64,000 nucleotides of DNA from Synechococcales cyanobacterium S06 (lineage in GTDB: Bacteria; Cyanobacteriota; Cyanobacteriia; Cyanobacteriales; JAABRE01), in assembly GCA_011391125.1 (NCBI GenBank), contig JAABRE010000022.1:76-64075 (forward strand). Direction: 5' to 3'. Below, piece after piece: positions 8,475-18,324 of the stretch. The notes beneath the pieces were generated by a model. The model did not search any database. It was not told the DNA's origin and saw nothing but the letters and a program-made list of their open reading frames with translations. Every line of letters begins with the position of its first letter. Position 1 is the stretch's first letter. Made by a program: the position numbers and the translations under genes.

Positions 8475-9638
8475 TTATTTTTCTTGTTCCAAATCTTCCT
8501 TTTCTTGTAATATTTCTGGATCATCATATAAACGAGGATAAGTGACAACAGGTTGAGATATTTTTAAGAGCGATCGCACTTTTTCCCAGGCATATTTTTG
8601 CCACCAACCCACTATTCCATCGGGTAAAACTGTTACTACAATTAGGAATAATGCACCTTGGAAAAATAGCCAGACTTCTGGGAATTGTTCACTCAACAAA
8701 CTGCGTCCAAAATTAACTAATAAAGTGCCAATTATTGCGCCAATTAATGTTCCTCTACCACCTACGGCCACCCAAATTACCATTTCAATGGAGAAAGCTA
8801 CTTCCATAAAACTAGGGGTAATAATCCCACTTTGAACCGTATAAAGTGCACCTGAAACTCCCGCAATTGCTCCTGAAATTGCAAAAACTAATACCTTAAA
8901 ACCAGTGGGATTATAACCAGAAAAACGCACCCGTGTTTCATCATCTCGAATTGCGATTAATAGACGACCAAAACGGCCACTGGTTAACCATTTACAGAGT
9001 AAAAAAGCGAGAATTACAAAGACAATTGTTACTTCATAAAAAACTAATTGTGCTTGATCAGAACCTGCTAAAACTCCGAATATTTTTTCAGTATCGGTTT
9101 TTAAACCATTAGTACCATTAATTAACTTTTGTTGACCGTTAAAAAAGTTAAAAAATACTAATAAAGAAGCTTGGGTAATAATCGAAAAATAGACCCCTTT
9201 AATGCGGTTTCTAAATACTAAATAACCCAAAAATGCGGCCACAATTCCGGGAATCACAATTATGGCAATTAAAGTGATGGGAAATGAGTGAAAAGGTTGC
9301 CAAAATAAAGGTAATTTTTCCACACCATAAAGGGTGAAAAATTCGGGTATTTCTCCTTCTGGTAATTGTAATTGTAAGTGCATGGCTAAACCATAACCAC
9401 CTAATGCGAAAAATATGCCATGACCTAAACTTAATAAACCCGTATAACCCCAAATTAAATCAATTCCTAAAGCTACAATTGATAATGATAAAAAACGTGC
9501 CAATAATTTGAGACGAAATACTGGTAAAATAAGCGGCATTATCACAGCAAATATGAATATTATTGCGGCTATTATGCCAATTTTTATTAATAGTTGTTTT
9601 TGCTTTTGATTACGTTTGGTAAATGTATCTGTACTCAT
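8475..9638 (-). CDS. urtC: Urea ABC transporter permease UrtC
   Basis: 387-aa polytopic branched-chain-type permease, placed between urtB and urtD. Confidence 0.88.
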   Translation of the reverse strand: MSTDTFTKRNQKQKQLLIKIGIIAAIIFIFAVIMPLILPVFRLKLLARFLSLSIVALGIDLIWGYTGLLSLGHGIFFALGGYGLAMHLQLQLPEGEIPEFFTLYGVEKLPLFWQPFHSFPITLIAIIVIPGIVAAFLGYLVFRNRIKGVYFSIITQASLLVFFNFFNGQQKLINGTNGLKTDTEKIFGVLAGSDQAQLVFYEVTIVFVILAFLLCKWLTSGRFGRLLIAIRDDETRVRFSGYNPTGFKVLVFAISGAIAGVSGALYTVQSGIITPSFMEVAFSIEMVIWVAVGGRGTLIGAIIGTLLVNFGRSLLSEQFPEVWLFFQGALFLIVVTVLPDGIVGWWQKYAWEKVRSLLKISQPVVTYPRLYDDPEILQEKEDLEQEK

Positions 9639-9662
9639 TTATTGTACCTCTTTGATTTTATT

Positions 9663-9693
9663 CCTCCCCTTGATAAGGGGGGTTAGGGGGGAT
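9663..9693. repeat. CCCCCCTT-N-AAGGGGGGTTAGGGGGGAT palindromic element (family C), copy 1
   Basis: cctccccttgataaggggggttaggggggat. It supplies the stop codon and the last residues of ORF 9683..10321. Confidence 0.75.
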
Positions 9694-10321
9694 AAGATAT
9701 TGATCCTAATTTTTTTAATATTTTTAAAACATCTTTAAATTTATTACGTTTAGGAAGTAATAAAAAAGGTTCTGATAAATCATATTCGGGATTATTTTGG
9801 CGATCAAGTTTAACAAAAATAAACTCATCTCCATTAGTAACCATTCCAAAAGTGGGGCTATTTTCCTGACAATTTGCCATCATATAAGCTAAGATTTGAG
9901 GTAAGGCCGTTAACACGGGAATAGAGGTTTTTTTCGCTTCAATTACTAAAATCCAAAGGTTATTTTTCACCACCAAAATGTCAATTAATCCCCTAATTAT
10001 TTCCTCTGGATCATTAATTGTTAATTCCACTAATTGAGGTGATTTAATTTTAAAAGGAGGATCGAAAAAACCAGCAATTTGCAATAAAGGTGAAATCACC
10101 AATAAGTTAACTGTACCTTCTAATAACAAACCACTTTGTCGATGATAAACATATCGTGTCCTTAATTTATCTAAAAATAATTGTTCTTCTTCGGTTAGTT
10201 TTGGTAAGTTTTCAGACCATTCCGTAAAAAAGTTATTATTTTCAGTTTGTTCTAAGTTAAACCTTTGTTTTAAGTCATCTAAAGTTGTGATATTTTCCCT
10301 AATTCCTATTGTTGTAACCAT
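9683..10321 (-). CDS. PD-(D/E)XK nuclease-like protein (HsdR N-terminal-domain-like), inserted between urtB and urtC
   Basis: GLIDILVV...LWILVIEAKK fits a D...E-x-K nuclease core. Followed by FGMVTNGDEFIFVKL. Confidence 0.6.
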   Translation of the reverse strand: MVTTIGIRENITTLDDLKQRFNLEQTENNNFFTEWSENLPKLTEEEQLFLDKLRTRYVYHRQSGLLLEGTVNLLVISPLLQIAGFFDPPFKIKSPQLVELTINDPEEIIRGLIDILVVKNNLWILVIEAKKTSIPVLTALPQILAYMMANCQENSPTFGMVTNGDEFIFVKLDRQNNPEYDLSEPFLLLPKRNKFKDVLKILKKLGSISYPP

Positions 10322-10347
10322 GTTTTTATGAGTAAATAATACCCTAA

Positions 10348-11508
10348 TTATAACTCAACATTACGTCCTTTTGGTGGAAATAAACCCGCAGGTTTTACTT
10401 GTAAAAAGCTAATAATTATTACAAAAACTAGCACTTTTGCCATACTGGTAGTCGCAAAAAAATTAAAGATATTAACAAGAGATTCAAGACCAGTTATTGG
10501 TGATAATAAAAGGGCAAAAGTTCCCGAACCAATTAAATAATTAATCACACCTAAACCCATGGCTGCAATGATAGTTCCCACTAGATTTCCAACCCCTCCA
10601 ACTACTACCACCATAAACGCATCTACGATGTAATTTTGACCCGTATTTGGACCAACTGAACCTAATAAGGTAATCGCACAACCGGCTATTCCAGCTAACC
10701 CTGAACCAAGGGAAAAAGTAAGTGCATCAACTGTCGCAGTGGGGATACCTAAACACGCGCTCATGGTGCGATTTTGGGTAACTGACCTAATGCGTAAACC
10801 CCAATTAGAACGGTTTAAAAACCAGTAAGTTGCGATCAAACAAATTACGGTCAAAATGATAATAAATACTCGACTATAAGGCACTTGAAAACTTCCTAAA
10901 GGTAGGCCTCCTTGTAACCATTGGGGAGCAGTTACATCCACATTTCTAGCACTAAACCAAGGTTTTTTAAGAGCTTCTTGACCAGAAATAATTACTCCGG
11001 TTACTGAGGAAATTGCTAAGGATAAAGGAATAGTAATACTTAAAAATAATGTCCGAATTTTTTCCCAATCTGGACGTTTTTTAATGGTAAAAAATGCGCC
11101 AAAAAATAAGAGACAAAATACAAGAATTCCTATTATTAATGACCAACTTACACTACGCACAAATTGCTGTAAAATTATGCTAACTCCCCAGGTTGCTAAT
11201 AAAGTTTCTAAAGGCCTTCCATAAAGAAAACGAATTACCCCTCTTTCTAACATTAATCCCATTAAACCTGCGATTAAAAATGCACAAGGTAAGGCAAAAA
11301 ATATGTATAAACTAAACCACGGTTCACCGAAACTTTTAAACACATTTTGAACGACAAAAGTAGTGTAAGCTCCTAACATCATTAACTCACCATGGGCCAA
11401 ATTAATGACTCCCATAAGTCCAAAAACTACGGATAATCCTAATGCGGCTAATAGTAATACTGCACCAATACTAATTCCGTTAAATGTTGCTATTAATAAA
11501 TCTGACAT
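10348..11508 (-). CDS. urtB: Urea ABC transporter permease UrtB
   Basis: 386-aa LivH-type permease downstream of urtA. Confidence 0.88.
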   Translation of the reverse strand: MSDLLIATFNGISIGAVLLLAALGLSVVFGLMGVINLAHGELMMLGAYTTFVVQNVFKSFGEPWFSLYIFFALPCAFLIAGLMGLMLERGVIRFLYGRPLETLLATWGVSIILQQFVRSVSWSLIIGILVFCLLFFGAFFTIKKRPDWEKIRTLFLSITIPLSLAISSVTGVIISGQEALKKPWFSARNVDVTAPQWLQGGLPLGSFQVPYSRVFIIILTVICLIATYWFLNRSNWGLRIRSVTQNRTMSACLGIPTATVDALTFSLGSGLAGIAGCAITLLGSVGPNTGQNYIVDAFMVVVVGGVGNLVGTIIAAMGLGVINYLIGSGTFALLLSPITGLESLVNIFNFFATTSMAKVLVFVIIISFLQVKPAGLFPPKGRNVEL

Positions 11509-11548
11509 TTTTTTTTATTAATTATTTATTAGTTAAATAATTAAGATT

Positions 11549-11626
11549 CGATCCCCCTAAATCCTCCTTAAAAAGGGGGACTTTCTTTTATAAATTCCCC
11601 CCTTATCAAGGGGGGTTAGGGGGGAT
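11549..11626. repeat. Family C palindromic element, compound copy 2, in the urtA-urtB spacer
   Basis: gatccccctaa...aaaaaggggga...ttccccccttatcaaggggggttaggggggatc. Confidence 0.75.
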
Positions 11627-11637
11627 CAATTCTTATA

Positions 11638-12942
11638 TTAAATTTTGTATTTTTCACCTTTGGCTGGGTCAGACCAATCACAGGCAAATCCCTTAGTTGT
11701 GGGTACAAATTGATTCCAAGGTACGGGATCAATTGGTCCTTCGGTGGACCAAACGATATTAAATAAACCATCGTCGCGAATTTCACCAATTCTTACAGTT
11801 TTCGCAATGTGATGATTTCCATTCATGGTTACTTTTCCTTCAGGAGCGTCAAAAGTCTGCCCGATCGCCGCCATTCTTACCGCTTCTAAATCATCTGCTT
11901 TACCCGCTTTTTCTACCGCTTGTTTCCACAAATAAACCATAATATAAGCGGCTTCCATGGGATCATTTGTCACGCGATCTGCGCCATATTTAGCCTTAAA
12001 TGCTTGTACCCATTTGGTATTAGCTGGAGTTTCCACAGTTTGAAAATAATTCCACGCAGCAAAATGACCTAATAAAAATTCTTTACCAATTTGTTTTACT
12101 TCTTCTTCGGCAATACTAACAGACATTACCGGGTATTTATCAGGTCCCATTCCTGCACCTTTTAACTGTTTAAAAAAGGCGACATTACTATCACCATTTA
12201 AACTATTAAATATCACGCCACCATTGGGTAAAGCTTGTTTAATTTTAGTAATAATTGGGGTAACTTCCGTATTTCCTAAAGGTAAATAATCCTCGCCAAC
12301 TGTTTTACCACCTTTAGCTTTTAATTGTTCCATAATAATTGTGTTTGCCGTTCTGGGAAACACATAATCTGAACCCACTAAGAAAAATTCTTTACCCTTA
12401 TTTTCTAATAACCAATCCACCGCAGGTTCAATTTGTTGATTAGGTGCTGCACCTGTATAAAAGATATTTTTTGAACATTCCTGACCTTCATATTGAACAG
12501 GATACCATAACATATGATTTTTTGATTCAAAAACATCTTTAACTGCTTTTCTACTAGCAGAAGTCCAACAACCAAAAATAGTAACAACTTTATCTTGATC
12601 AATTAATTTAGCTGCTTTTTCAGCAAAAGTTGGCCAATCTGATGCGCCATCTTCTTTAATTACTTCAATTTTTTTTCCTAACACTCCACCGGCAGCGTTT
12701 ATTTCTTCAATTGCCATCATTTCAGCGTCAACAACTGTCGTTTCACTAATCGCCATTGTCCCAGTTAAAGAGTGCAAAATTCCTACTTTTATGGTCTCTC
12801 CAGTGGCCGGAGGAGTGGTTGTATTAGTGTTAGTATTAGTGGCATTATTCGCCGGAGGGGTGGGATTATTGCCACAAGCTTTTAATAATAAACTACTGCC
12901 AAATGCGGCTGAACCATAGATAACAAACTGTCTTCTTTTCAT
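11638..12942 (-). CDS. urtA: Urea ABC transporter substrate-binding protein UrtA
   Basis: 434 aa. Lipoprotein-like signal LLLKACG with a Thr/Asn/Pro-rich linker. Type I periplasmic binding fold. First gene of the urt operon. Confidence 0.9.
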   Translation of the reverse strand: MKRRQFVIYGSAAFGSSLLLKACGNNPTPPANNATNTNTNTTTPPATGETIKVGILHSLTGTMAISETTVVDAEMMAIEEINAAGGVLGKKIEVIKEDGASDWPTFAEKAAKLIDQDKVVTIFGCWTSASRKAVKDVFESKNHMLWYPVQYEGQECSKNIFYTGAAPNQQIEPAVDWLLENKGKEFFLVGSDYVFPRTANTIIMEQLKAKGGKTVGEDYLPLGNTEVTPIITKIKQALPNGGVIFNSLNGDSNVAFFKQLKGAGMGPDKYPVMSVSIAEEEVKQIGKEFLLGHFAAWNYFQTVETPANTKWVQAFKAKYGADRVTNDPMEAAYIMVYLWKQAVEKAGKADDLEAVRMAAIGQTFDAPEGKVTMNGNHHIAKTVRIGEIRDDGLFNIVWSTEGPIDPVPWNQFVPTTKGFACDWSDPAKGEKYKI

Positions 12943-13066
12943 TTATGCTCCTCACTTTTTAAGTTAAATAAAATCTAGCATTTTTTTTATTTGTAGCAAA
13001 AATAATTTATTTAATTATCTTTACCATTAAAGTTATTTACCCTAACATCAAAAACTAAAATAATTG

Positions 13067-13080
13067 GTAGTCTTTGATAC
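13067..13080 (-). promoter_or_regulatory. Candidate NtcA binding site (GTA-N8-TAC) upstream of urtA
   Basis: GTAGTCTTTGATAC. On the gene strand a TAN3T box (TAGGGT) follows 22 nt downstream. The site is about 125 nt upstream of the urtA ATG. Confidence 0.5.
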
Positions 13081-13121
13081 TTTTTTTAAAAAGTACACAA
13101 TTATTTATTTAATTATTTTTC

Positions 13122-13718
13122 TCAATCAAGAAATAAACTAATAAAATCAATTACTTCTGGTAAACCCTGTTGAGTTTTCAAATTTGTAAAGACAAAAGGT
13201 TTTGTTCTGCGCATTTTTTTTGCGTCTCTTTCCATTATTTGTAAATCTGCTCCAACATAAGGAGCAAGATCGATTTTATTTATTACTAATAAATCGGATT
13301 TAGTAATACCAGGGCCACCTTTTCTGGGTATTTTATCCCCCGCAGCTACATCAATTACATAAATAGTTAAATCCACTAATTCGGGGCTAAAAGTGGCCGC
13401 TAAATTGTCGCCACCACTTTCTAAAAATACGATGTCTAAATTGTTAAATTTCGTCTCTAATTGTTCCACCGCAACTAAATTCATAGACGCATCTTCTCGG
13501 ATTGCTGTATGAGGACAACCTCCGGTTTCTACTCCTAAGATTCTCTCCTCGGGTAGCGCTTGCGATCGCACTAAAAATTGGGCATCTTCTTGGGTATAAA
13601 TATCATTAGTAACTACGGCTATTTCATATTTTTCCCGCAAACTCTTACATAATGCGTCTAATAACGCTGTTTTTCCTGATCCCACTGGACCGGCAATTCC
13701 TATTCTATATGCGCTCAT
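13122..13718 (-). CDS. ureG: Urease accessory GTPase UreG
   Basis: 198 aa with P-loop [10 protein letters not shown], plus ESGGDNL and the NKIDL GTPase motif. Confidence 0.95.
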   Translation of the reverse strand: MSAYRIGIAGPVGSGKTALLDALCKSLREKYEIAVVTNDIYTQEDAQFLVRSQALPEERILGVETGGCPHTAIREDASMNLVAVEQLETKFNNLDIVFLESGGDNLAATFSPELVDLTIYVIDVAAGDKIPRKGGPGITKSDLLVINKIDLAPYVGADLQIMERDAKKMRRTKPFVFTNLKTQQGLPEVIDFISLFLD

Positions 13719-13908
13719 AAATATTATTTAATCTTTTTGGGAATTTAACAAAGTAAAAAAGCTCAGATTTTAGGTGTAATATTTTGATTATAAAGCTATT
13801 TTGTCTGAACCATCCTACTTTATTATTAATAATGTATATTAACATAATTCATATTGTCCACAAATTATAATATACTTAAGTAGTTATATTTTATCTTTTT
13901 GCCCCTCC

Positions 13909-14880
13909 TCATCCCCTACCCCTCTCCTGATGACTAGAAGATGAAGGAATTTTATGAATTTTCAAGAGTTCTGTTATATTACCACAAAAAGGCTCTAAAT
14001 TAAAGGTTTTAGGATTGACATAATTTTGGTAAGTAAAATGACGATAATCGAAGCAAAATCTGTCCCAATCGGCCATTTTAACATCGAATATTTTGATAAA
14101 AAAGTTAGCTAATGTTAGGGATAATGGAATCTGAAAATATATCTTTTTACCTAAATATTGGCAAATATTTTCTATGGCTTGTGTGGCAGTAATTGGTTCA
14201 TTTCCTAATACTATTTCCTGATTTTTAGTATTATTATTTACTAAATAAGTTACAACTTTGGCAATATCTTGACCATGGATAAAATGAAAACTAGCATCAG
14301 CTTTAAACCATCTAATTAAGTTCATTAATTTGATAATTTCTGGTAATCCTGAAGATAAATGAGAATAGGGTTTATTTTCGTCACCTCCGAATACTAAGGT
14401 AGGAAAAACAGTGGTAATTTTGTCATAAATTTTTAGTTTTTTTAACTGAGTAAAACACTGGTATTTTGTTTTAACATAATCTGTGCCGATTGTGCCAGCT
14501 TCGGCTAATAATTTATTATCATTACCTAAAATACTTGCGGTGGAAAAATAGATAACTTTTTCGCAATTTTCTGGATTTAATAAGTTTAGTAATTCTAGGG
14601 TTTTTATGACATTAGTTTGATAGGTAATTTCGGGATCACCCCAAGCAGTTGCTGTTAAAATTGCCACATTAATACTACTTAATATTTCCTGATATTTTTC
14701 GATGTTTAATAAGTTTCCTTCAATGATATTTATGCCCTCTCGATATTGATAATCAAACTTAATTTTGTCTCTATTTCTTACTAAAAAATATAACTCATAA
14801 TCAGTTTCTTTAATTAAAGATTCTGCGATGTAATGACCTATACAACCACTCGCTCCCGTAACAAAAATTCTCTTAGACAT
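13909..14880 (-). CDS. NAD(P)-dependent epimerase/dehydratase-family (SDR) protein
   Basis: N-terminal Rossmann motif VTGASGCIGHYI. 323 aa. Confidence 0.7.
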   Translation of the reverse strand: MSKRIFVTGASGCIGHYIAESLIKETDYELYFLVRNRDKIKFDYQYREGINIIEGNLLNIEKYQEILSSINVAILTATAWGDPEITYQTNVIKTLELLNLLNPENCEKVIYFSTASILGNDNKLLAEAGTIGTDYVKTKYQCFTQLKKLKIYDKITTVFPTLVFGGDENKPYSHLSSGLPEIIKLMNLIRWFKADASFHFIHGQDIAKVVTYLVNNNTKNQEIVLGNEPITATQAIENICQYLGKKIYFQIPLSLTLANFFIKIFDVKMADWDRFCFDYRHFTYQNYVNPKTFNLEPFCGNITELLKIHKIPSSSSHQERGRG

Positions 14881-14884
14881 GATT

Positions 14885-16240
14885 TATTAATTATTAATTG
14901 AGTCTGCTCCGAAAAACTTACTCATAGTTGCCCATGATGTTCTCTTCCTGCTTCAGCCAGAACCGTTGGCGGTATTCTGTCCACAGGTGTATAAGTTCGG
15001 GTGGAGCCCACCCTACTTTTGATAACTTCATCCTTAGTATTTTTTAAATTGATAGCGGCGTTTAAATCTCGGTCAAGAGAAATTCCGCAATCAATACAAT
15101 TAAAAATACGGTCTTTTAAAGTTAAATCTGACTTAAGACAACCACAATTACTGCAAGTTTTAGAACTAGGAAACCACTGGTCAATAATGTTTATTTTAGT
15201 AGCATACCAAGGTGCTTTATATATTAATTGACGTTTAAATTCATAAGCACCTAAATCTGTCACTGCACCGGCTAACTTGTGATTAGACATCATGCCTTTT
15301 AGGTTCAGGTTTTCTATTTTTAAATGTCCATATTTCTTGAGTAATTTAGTCGTGGTTTTCTGTAAAAAATCCTGTCTTACATTAGCCACACGATTGTGTT
15401 TCTTTGCTAATTGTTTAAAGTATTTTTTAGCATTATTAGAGGTGGGTATTTTTAACCTTCGATTACCCATTTGTTTGTGACGATTATGGGATTGAGTCTT
15501 AGCCAGCTTGGTTCTCGCTTTTCTATAGGGCATGGGACTTTCAATCGTTGTTCCGTCACTTAACACAGCAAAGGTTTTTATACCTAAGTCTACGCCAATT
15601 GGCTCTACAATTTCGTGTATAATAGGTGGTATTTTTTCAGCGTCAATCGCAAATGCCACATACCATTTATCTCCTTTTCTACTAATAGTAAATGTTTGAG
15701 AAACACAATTAAATTTAAGTGATTCTTTTAGTCTAAAAGTACCTAATGTTGGTATCTTGATTTTGCTACCTTCAGCTAACAAAACTACGCCATTAGAACT
15801 ATCAACTGTAAAAGAACAATCATTTCTTTTTCGTTTAAAGTTAGGATAACCAGCCTTCTTGCTGTGAAAACGAGAAAAAGCAGTTTTTAAATTTCTAAAC
15901 GCATTTTGATAAATACGAGAAGAATATTTGCTGCACCAAGATAATTCAGGTTCTTTTTTCTTGGATTTATTGAAAAGAATTTTAATGGTATCTAATTTCT
16001 TACTTGTACTACCCTTAATGTCATTATGATCAATCTGATTATAAAATGCCAAAGCATAATTAAAAACAAAACGGCTATATCCCGCACACTGTGCCAAATA
16101 TGTTCGTTGTTTGTTATTTAATTTTAACTCTAACTTAAGGGCGTACATAGTTAATTTACCAATCGCACTGTTTTTATAATAATAGCAATTGGTGAAAAAG
16201 TTTTGTTAATTTTTCACCAATTGCCTTATCCCTGAAAAGT
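14885..16240 (-). mobile_element. IS200/IS605-family element carrying only tnpB; boundaries approximate
   Basis: tnpB ORF plus a subterminal 14-bp hairpin caattggtgaaaaa/tttttcaccaattg at 16186..16223. No tnpA is present. Confidence 0.55.
14922..16148 (-). CDS. tnpB: RNA-guided endonuclease TnpB (IS605 OrfB-type)
   Basis: RuvC-I GVDLGIK, RuvC-II LKIENLN, zinc ribbon CSNCG...CIDCG, RuvC-III DRDLNAAINL. Confidence 0.9.
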   Translation of the reverse strand: MYALKLELKLNNKQRTYLAQCAGYSRFVFNYALAFYNQIDHNDIKGSTSKKLDTIKILFNKSKKKEPELSWCSKYSSRIYQNAFRNLKTAFSRFHSKKAGYPNFKRKRNDCSFTVDSSNGVVLLAEGSKIKIPTLGTFRLKESLKFNCVSQTFTISRKGDKWYVAFAIDAEKIPPIIHEIVEPIGVDLGIKTFAVLSDGTTIESPMPYRKARTKLAKTQSHNRHKQMGNRRLKIPTSNNAKKYFKQLAKKHNRVANVRQDFLQKTTTKLLKKYGHLKIENLNLKGMMSNHKLAGAVTDLGAYEFKRQLIYKAPWYATKINIIDQWFPSSKTCSNCGCLKSDLTLKDRIFNCIDCGISLDRDLNAAINLKNTKDEVIKSRVGSTRTYTPVDRIPPTVLAEAGREHHGQL

Positions 16241-16365
16241 TGACACTGATTTTTCTCTTGCTTTAGCAAATATAAACAACCAGGAGAACTTACCTATTTT
16301 AGAGAATTATAGATAATTATAACTAGGTTTTAGGGAACAGTTCCAAGCTCTTATTTTTTATCATT

Positions 16366-16389
16366 ATCAACTATCAACTATCAACTATC
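16366..16389. repeat. (ATCAACT)n heptamer array abutting the stop codon of the HerA-like gene
   Basis: atcaactatcaactatcaactatc. Confidence 0.85.
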
Positions 16390-18095
16390 TAAAATCCTAA
16401 ATCTGCCTTAGCTTTTTCAGCCTCGATAAAAAGTTCATCATTGGCGACAGTTGACCAATCTTCTGGGGCAATAATACGATAAAATTCGTGATCATAGGGT
16501 CTAGTTTTAATCACAATGGGCATGGGAATAGCATGACCTAATACTAAAGCTTGTTGTTTGCTATCTAATTTTGCCAAAACTGAACGTAAATTTGCGGCTC
16601 CAGAAACTCCAGTAAAAATTGCGTCAATATCTTTATCATCGTTTAATAAACAAGTAATTCTTGTACCAATTTGTGACATAATTTCCTGATCAATTCCTGA
16701 TGGTCTTTGATCGACAACTAACAGTGTAACAAAATATTTTCTCATCTCCCGCGCAATAGTTCCAAAAATAGTTTGATGCACAATTTTTGAGTCAAGAAAA
16801 CGGTGAGCTTCTTCGATGGTAATGACCAATTGTTGAGGGCGATCGCAAGGATTTTTGGTCTGTAAAAATATCTCTGACTTTTCCACATATTCTTTATGAA
16901 TACGACGAGTAATCATATTAGTAGCTAACATATAAGAAAGCATATTAGACTGAGTTCCAAACTCAATAATAACGTGTTTTCCAGCGTCTAAAGATTGTAA
17001 AATTTGCTTAATATAATTATGTTCACAACGCTCTTTAATATACTTAAGAGATTCTAAACGTTTTAACTTCCTTTGTAAAGCTGAAATCGAGGCAAAATTA
17101 CCCTGTCTGGACAAACAAAACTCTCTAATTTCATCATTAGTCATGGTTAAAAGTTGTTTAATCCAATGTTTACCAAATTCCCCTAATAAGATATTAGCAT
17201 TATCCAAACTGGCCTCGGATAAACCCAATTCAAAACCAATTAATCTAAGGTCTTCTATATCAATTTGATCATAGCTAAGATACATTTCTTGTGCATTTCT
17301 TACCCCTCTTCGTTTAGTAGATTGTTCATCTAGGGTGTAAATTTCCACTTGTTCAGGAAACAATTGACGTAAACCTTTAACGGTGCTAATTCCGCTGCCT
17401 TCTTGCATAGCTTCCCAACCATATTCCGAGTGCATATCAAACATTAAATTAACCGCTGCCCGTTTATGAATAATCCCAGAAATTATGAGACGAGTTAAGA
17501 AAGATTTACCCGTACCAGACTTACCAAAAATGCCATTACTACGCTCAACAAATCTATGTAAATCAAGACAAATAGGAATGTCCATATCTAAAGGTTGGCC
17601 GATGTGAAAATTGCAACGGGTGGGATCTTTTTCTGAACCAAAAACCATCTGAAAATCAAATTCGGTCGCTTCAAAAACCTGACTAAAATGACTGGGAATA
17701 GTTTTAACGGGTAATAAATCAAAACCACTGCGGGTGTGAGCATCAAAAGTACCTAAATATTCATCAGTAATTTTTCTTTTTGGTATGTCTTCTCCAGGAT
17801 TAATTAACATTAACATGGGAGCTACTTCTAACAAAACAAAAGTGCTATTTCCGGCTAAAACTTCTTGCAGAAAAAAGTCGTTAAAAGCAGGAGGATTCAG
17901 GTTAATTCTATCATCAGAAGTCCCTAATTCGACATCTGTTAACAAGGAAAAAAACCGAGCTTTTATACCTTGAATAACCACAAATTGCCCCACTCGTAAA
18001 TCTTCGACGGATACTTCAGGGTCTAATCTTACTTCTAAACCATCACTAAGTGAACCACCAACAACTGAACCTAATAAACTTAAATTTTGATGCAT
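16389..18095 (-). CDS. HerA/DUF87-like ATPase
   Basis: 568 aa with an N-terminal barrel-like region, Walker A GKSGTGKSF and Walker B-like LVITIEEAH / LLVVDQRP. Confidence 0.7.
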   Translation of the reverse strand: MHQNLSLLGSVVGGSLSDGLEVRLDPEVSVEDLRVGQFVVIQGIKARFFSLLTDVELGTSDDRINLNPPAFNDFFLQEVLAGNSTFVLLEVAPMLMLINPGEDIPKRKITDEYLGTFDAHTRSGFDLLPVKTIPSHFSQVFEATEFDFQMVFGSEKDPTRCNFHIGQPLDMDIPICLDLHRFVERSNGIFGKSGTGKSFLTRLIISGIIHKRAAVNLMFDMHSEYGWEAMQEGSGISTVKGLRQLFPEQVEIYTLDEQSTKRRGVRNAQEMYLSYDQIDIEDLRLIGFELGLSEASLDNANILLGEFGKHWIKQLLTMTNDEIREFCLSRQGNFASISALQRKLKRLESLKYIKERCEHNYIKQILQSLDAGKHVIIEFGTQSNMLSYMLATNMITRRIHKEYVEKSEIFLQTKNPCDRPQQLVITIEEAHRFLDSKIVHQTIFGTIAREMRKYFVTLLVVDQRPSGIDQEIMSQIGTRITCLLNDDKDIDAIFTGVSGAANLRSVLAKLDSKQQALVLGHAIPMPIVIKTRPYDHEFYRIIAPEDWSTVANDELFIEAEKAKADLGF

Positions 18096-18286
18096 AATGG
18101 ATAATTTACTATGATTTTAATGATTAAATGATTACTATGATCAATTAACTGATTTAATTAACTAGATTAGAAATTACTCTAAAATTAATGATAATATAAA
18201 TTAGTGAATTATCAAGGAGATAATTAATAATAACTTATCATGGATAATAAAATAATAGAGGTAATTCACAAATTACCCTTAAAAAG

Positions 18287-18324
18287 GATAACTGATAACT
18301 GATAACTGATAACTGGTAACTGAT
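18287..18324. repeat. (GATAACT)n heptamer array ending directly at the start codon
   Basis: gataactgataactgataactggtaactgat followed by ATG at 18325. Confidence 0.9.
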
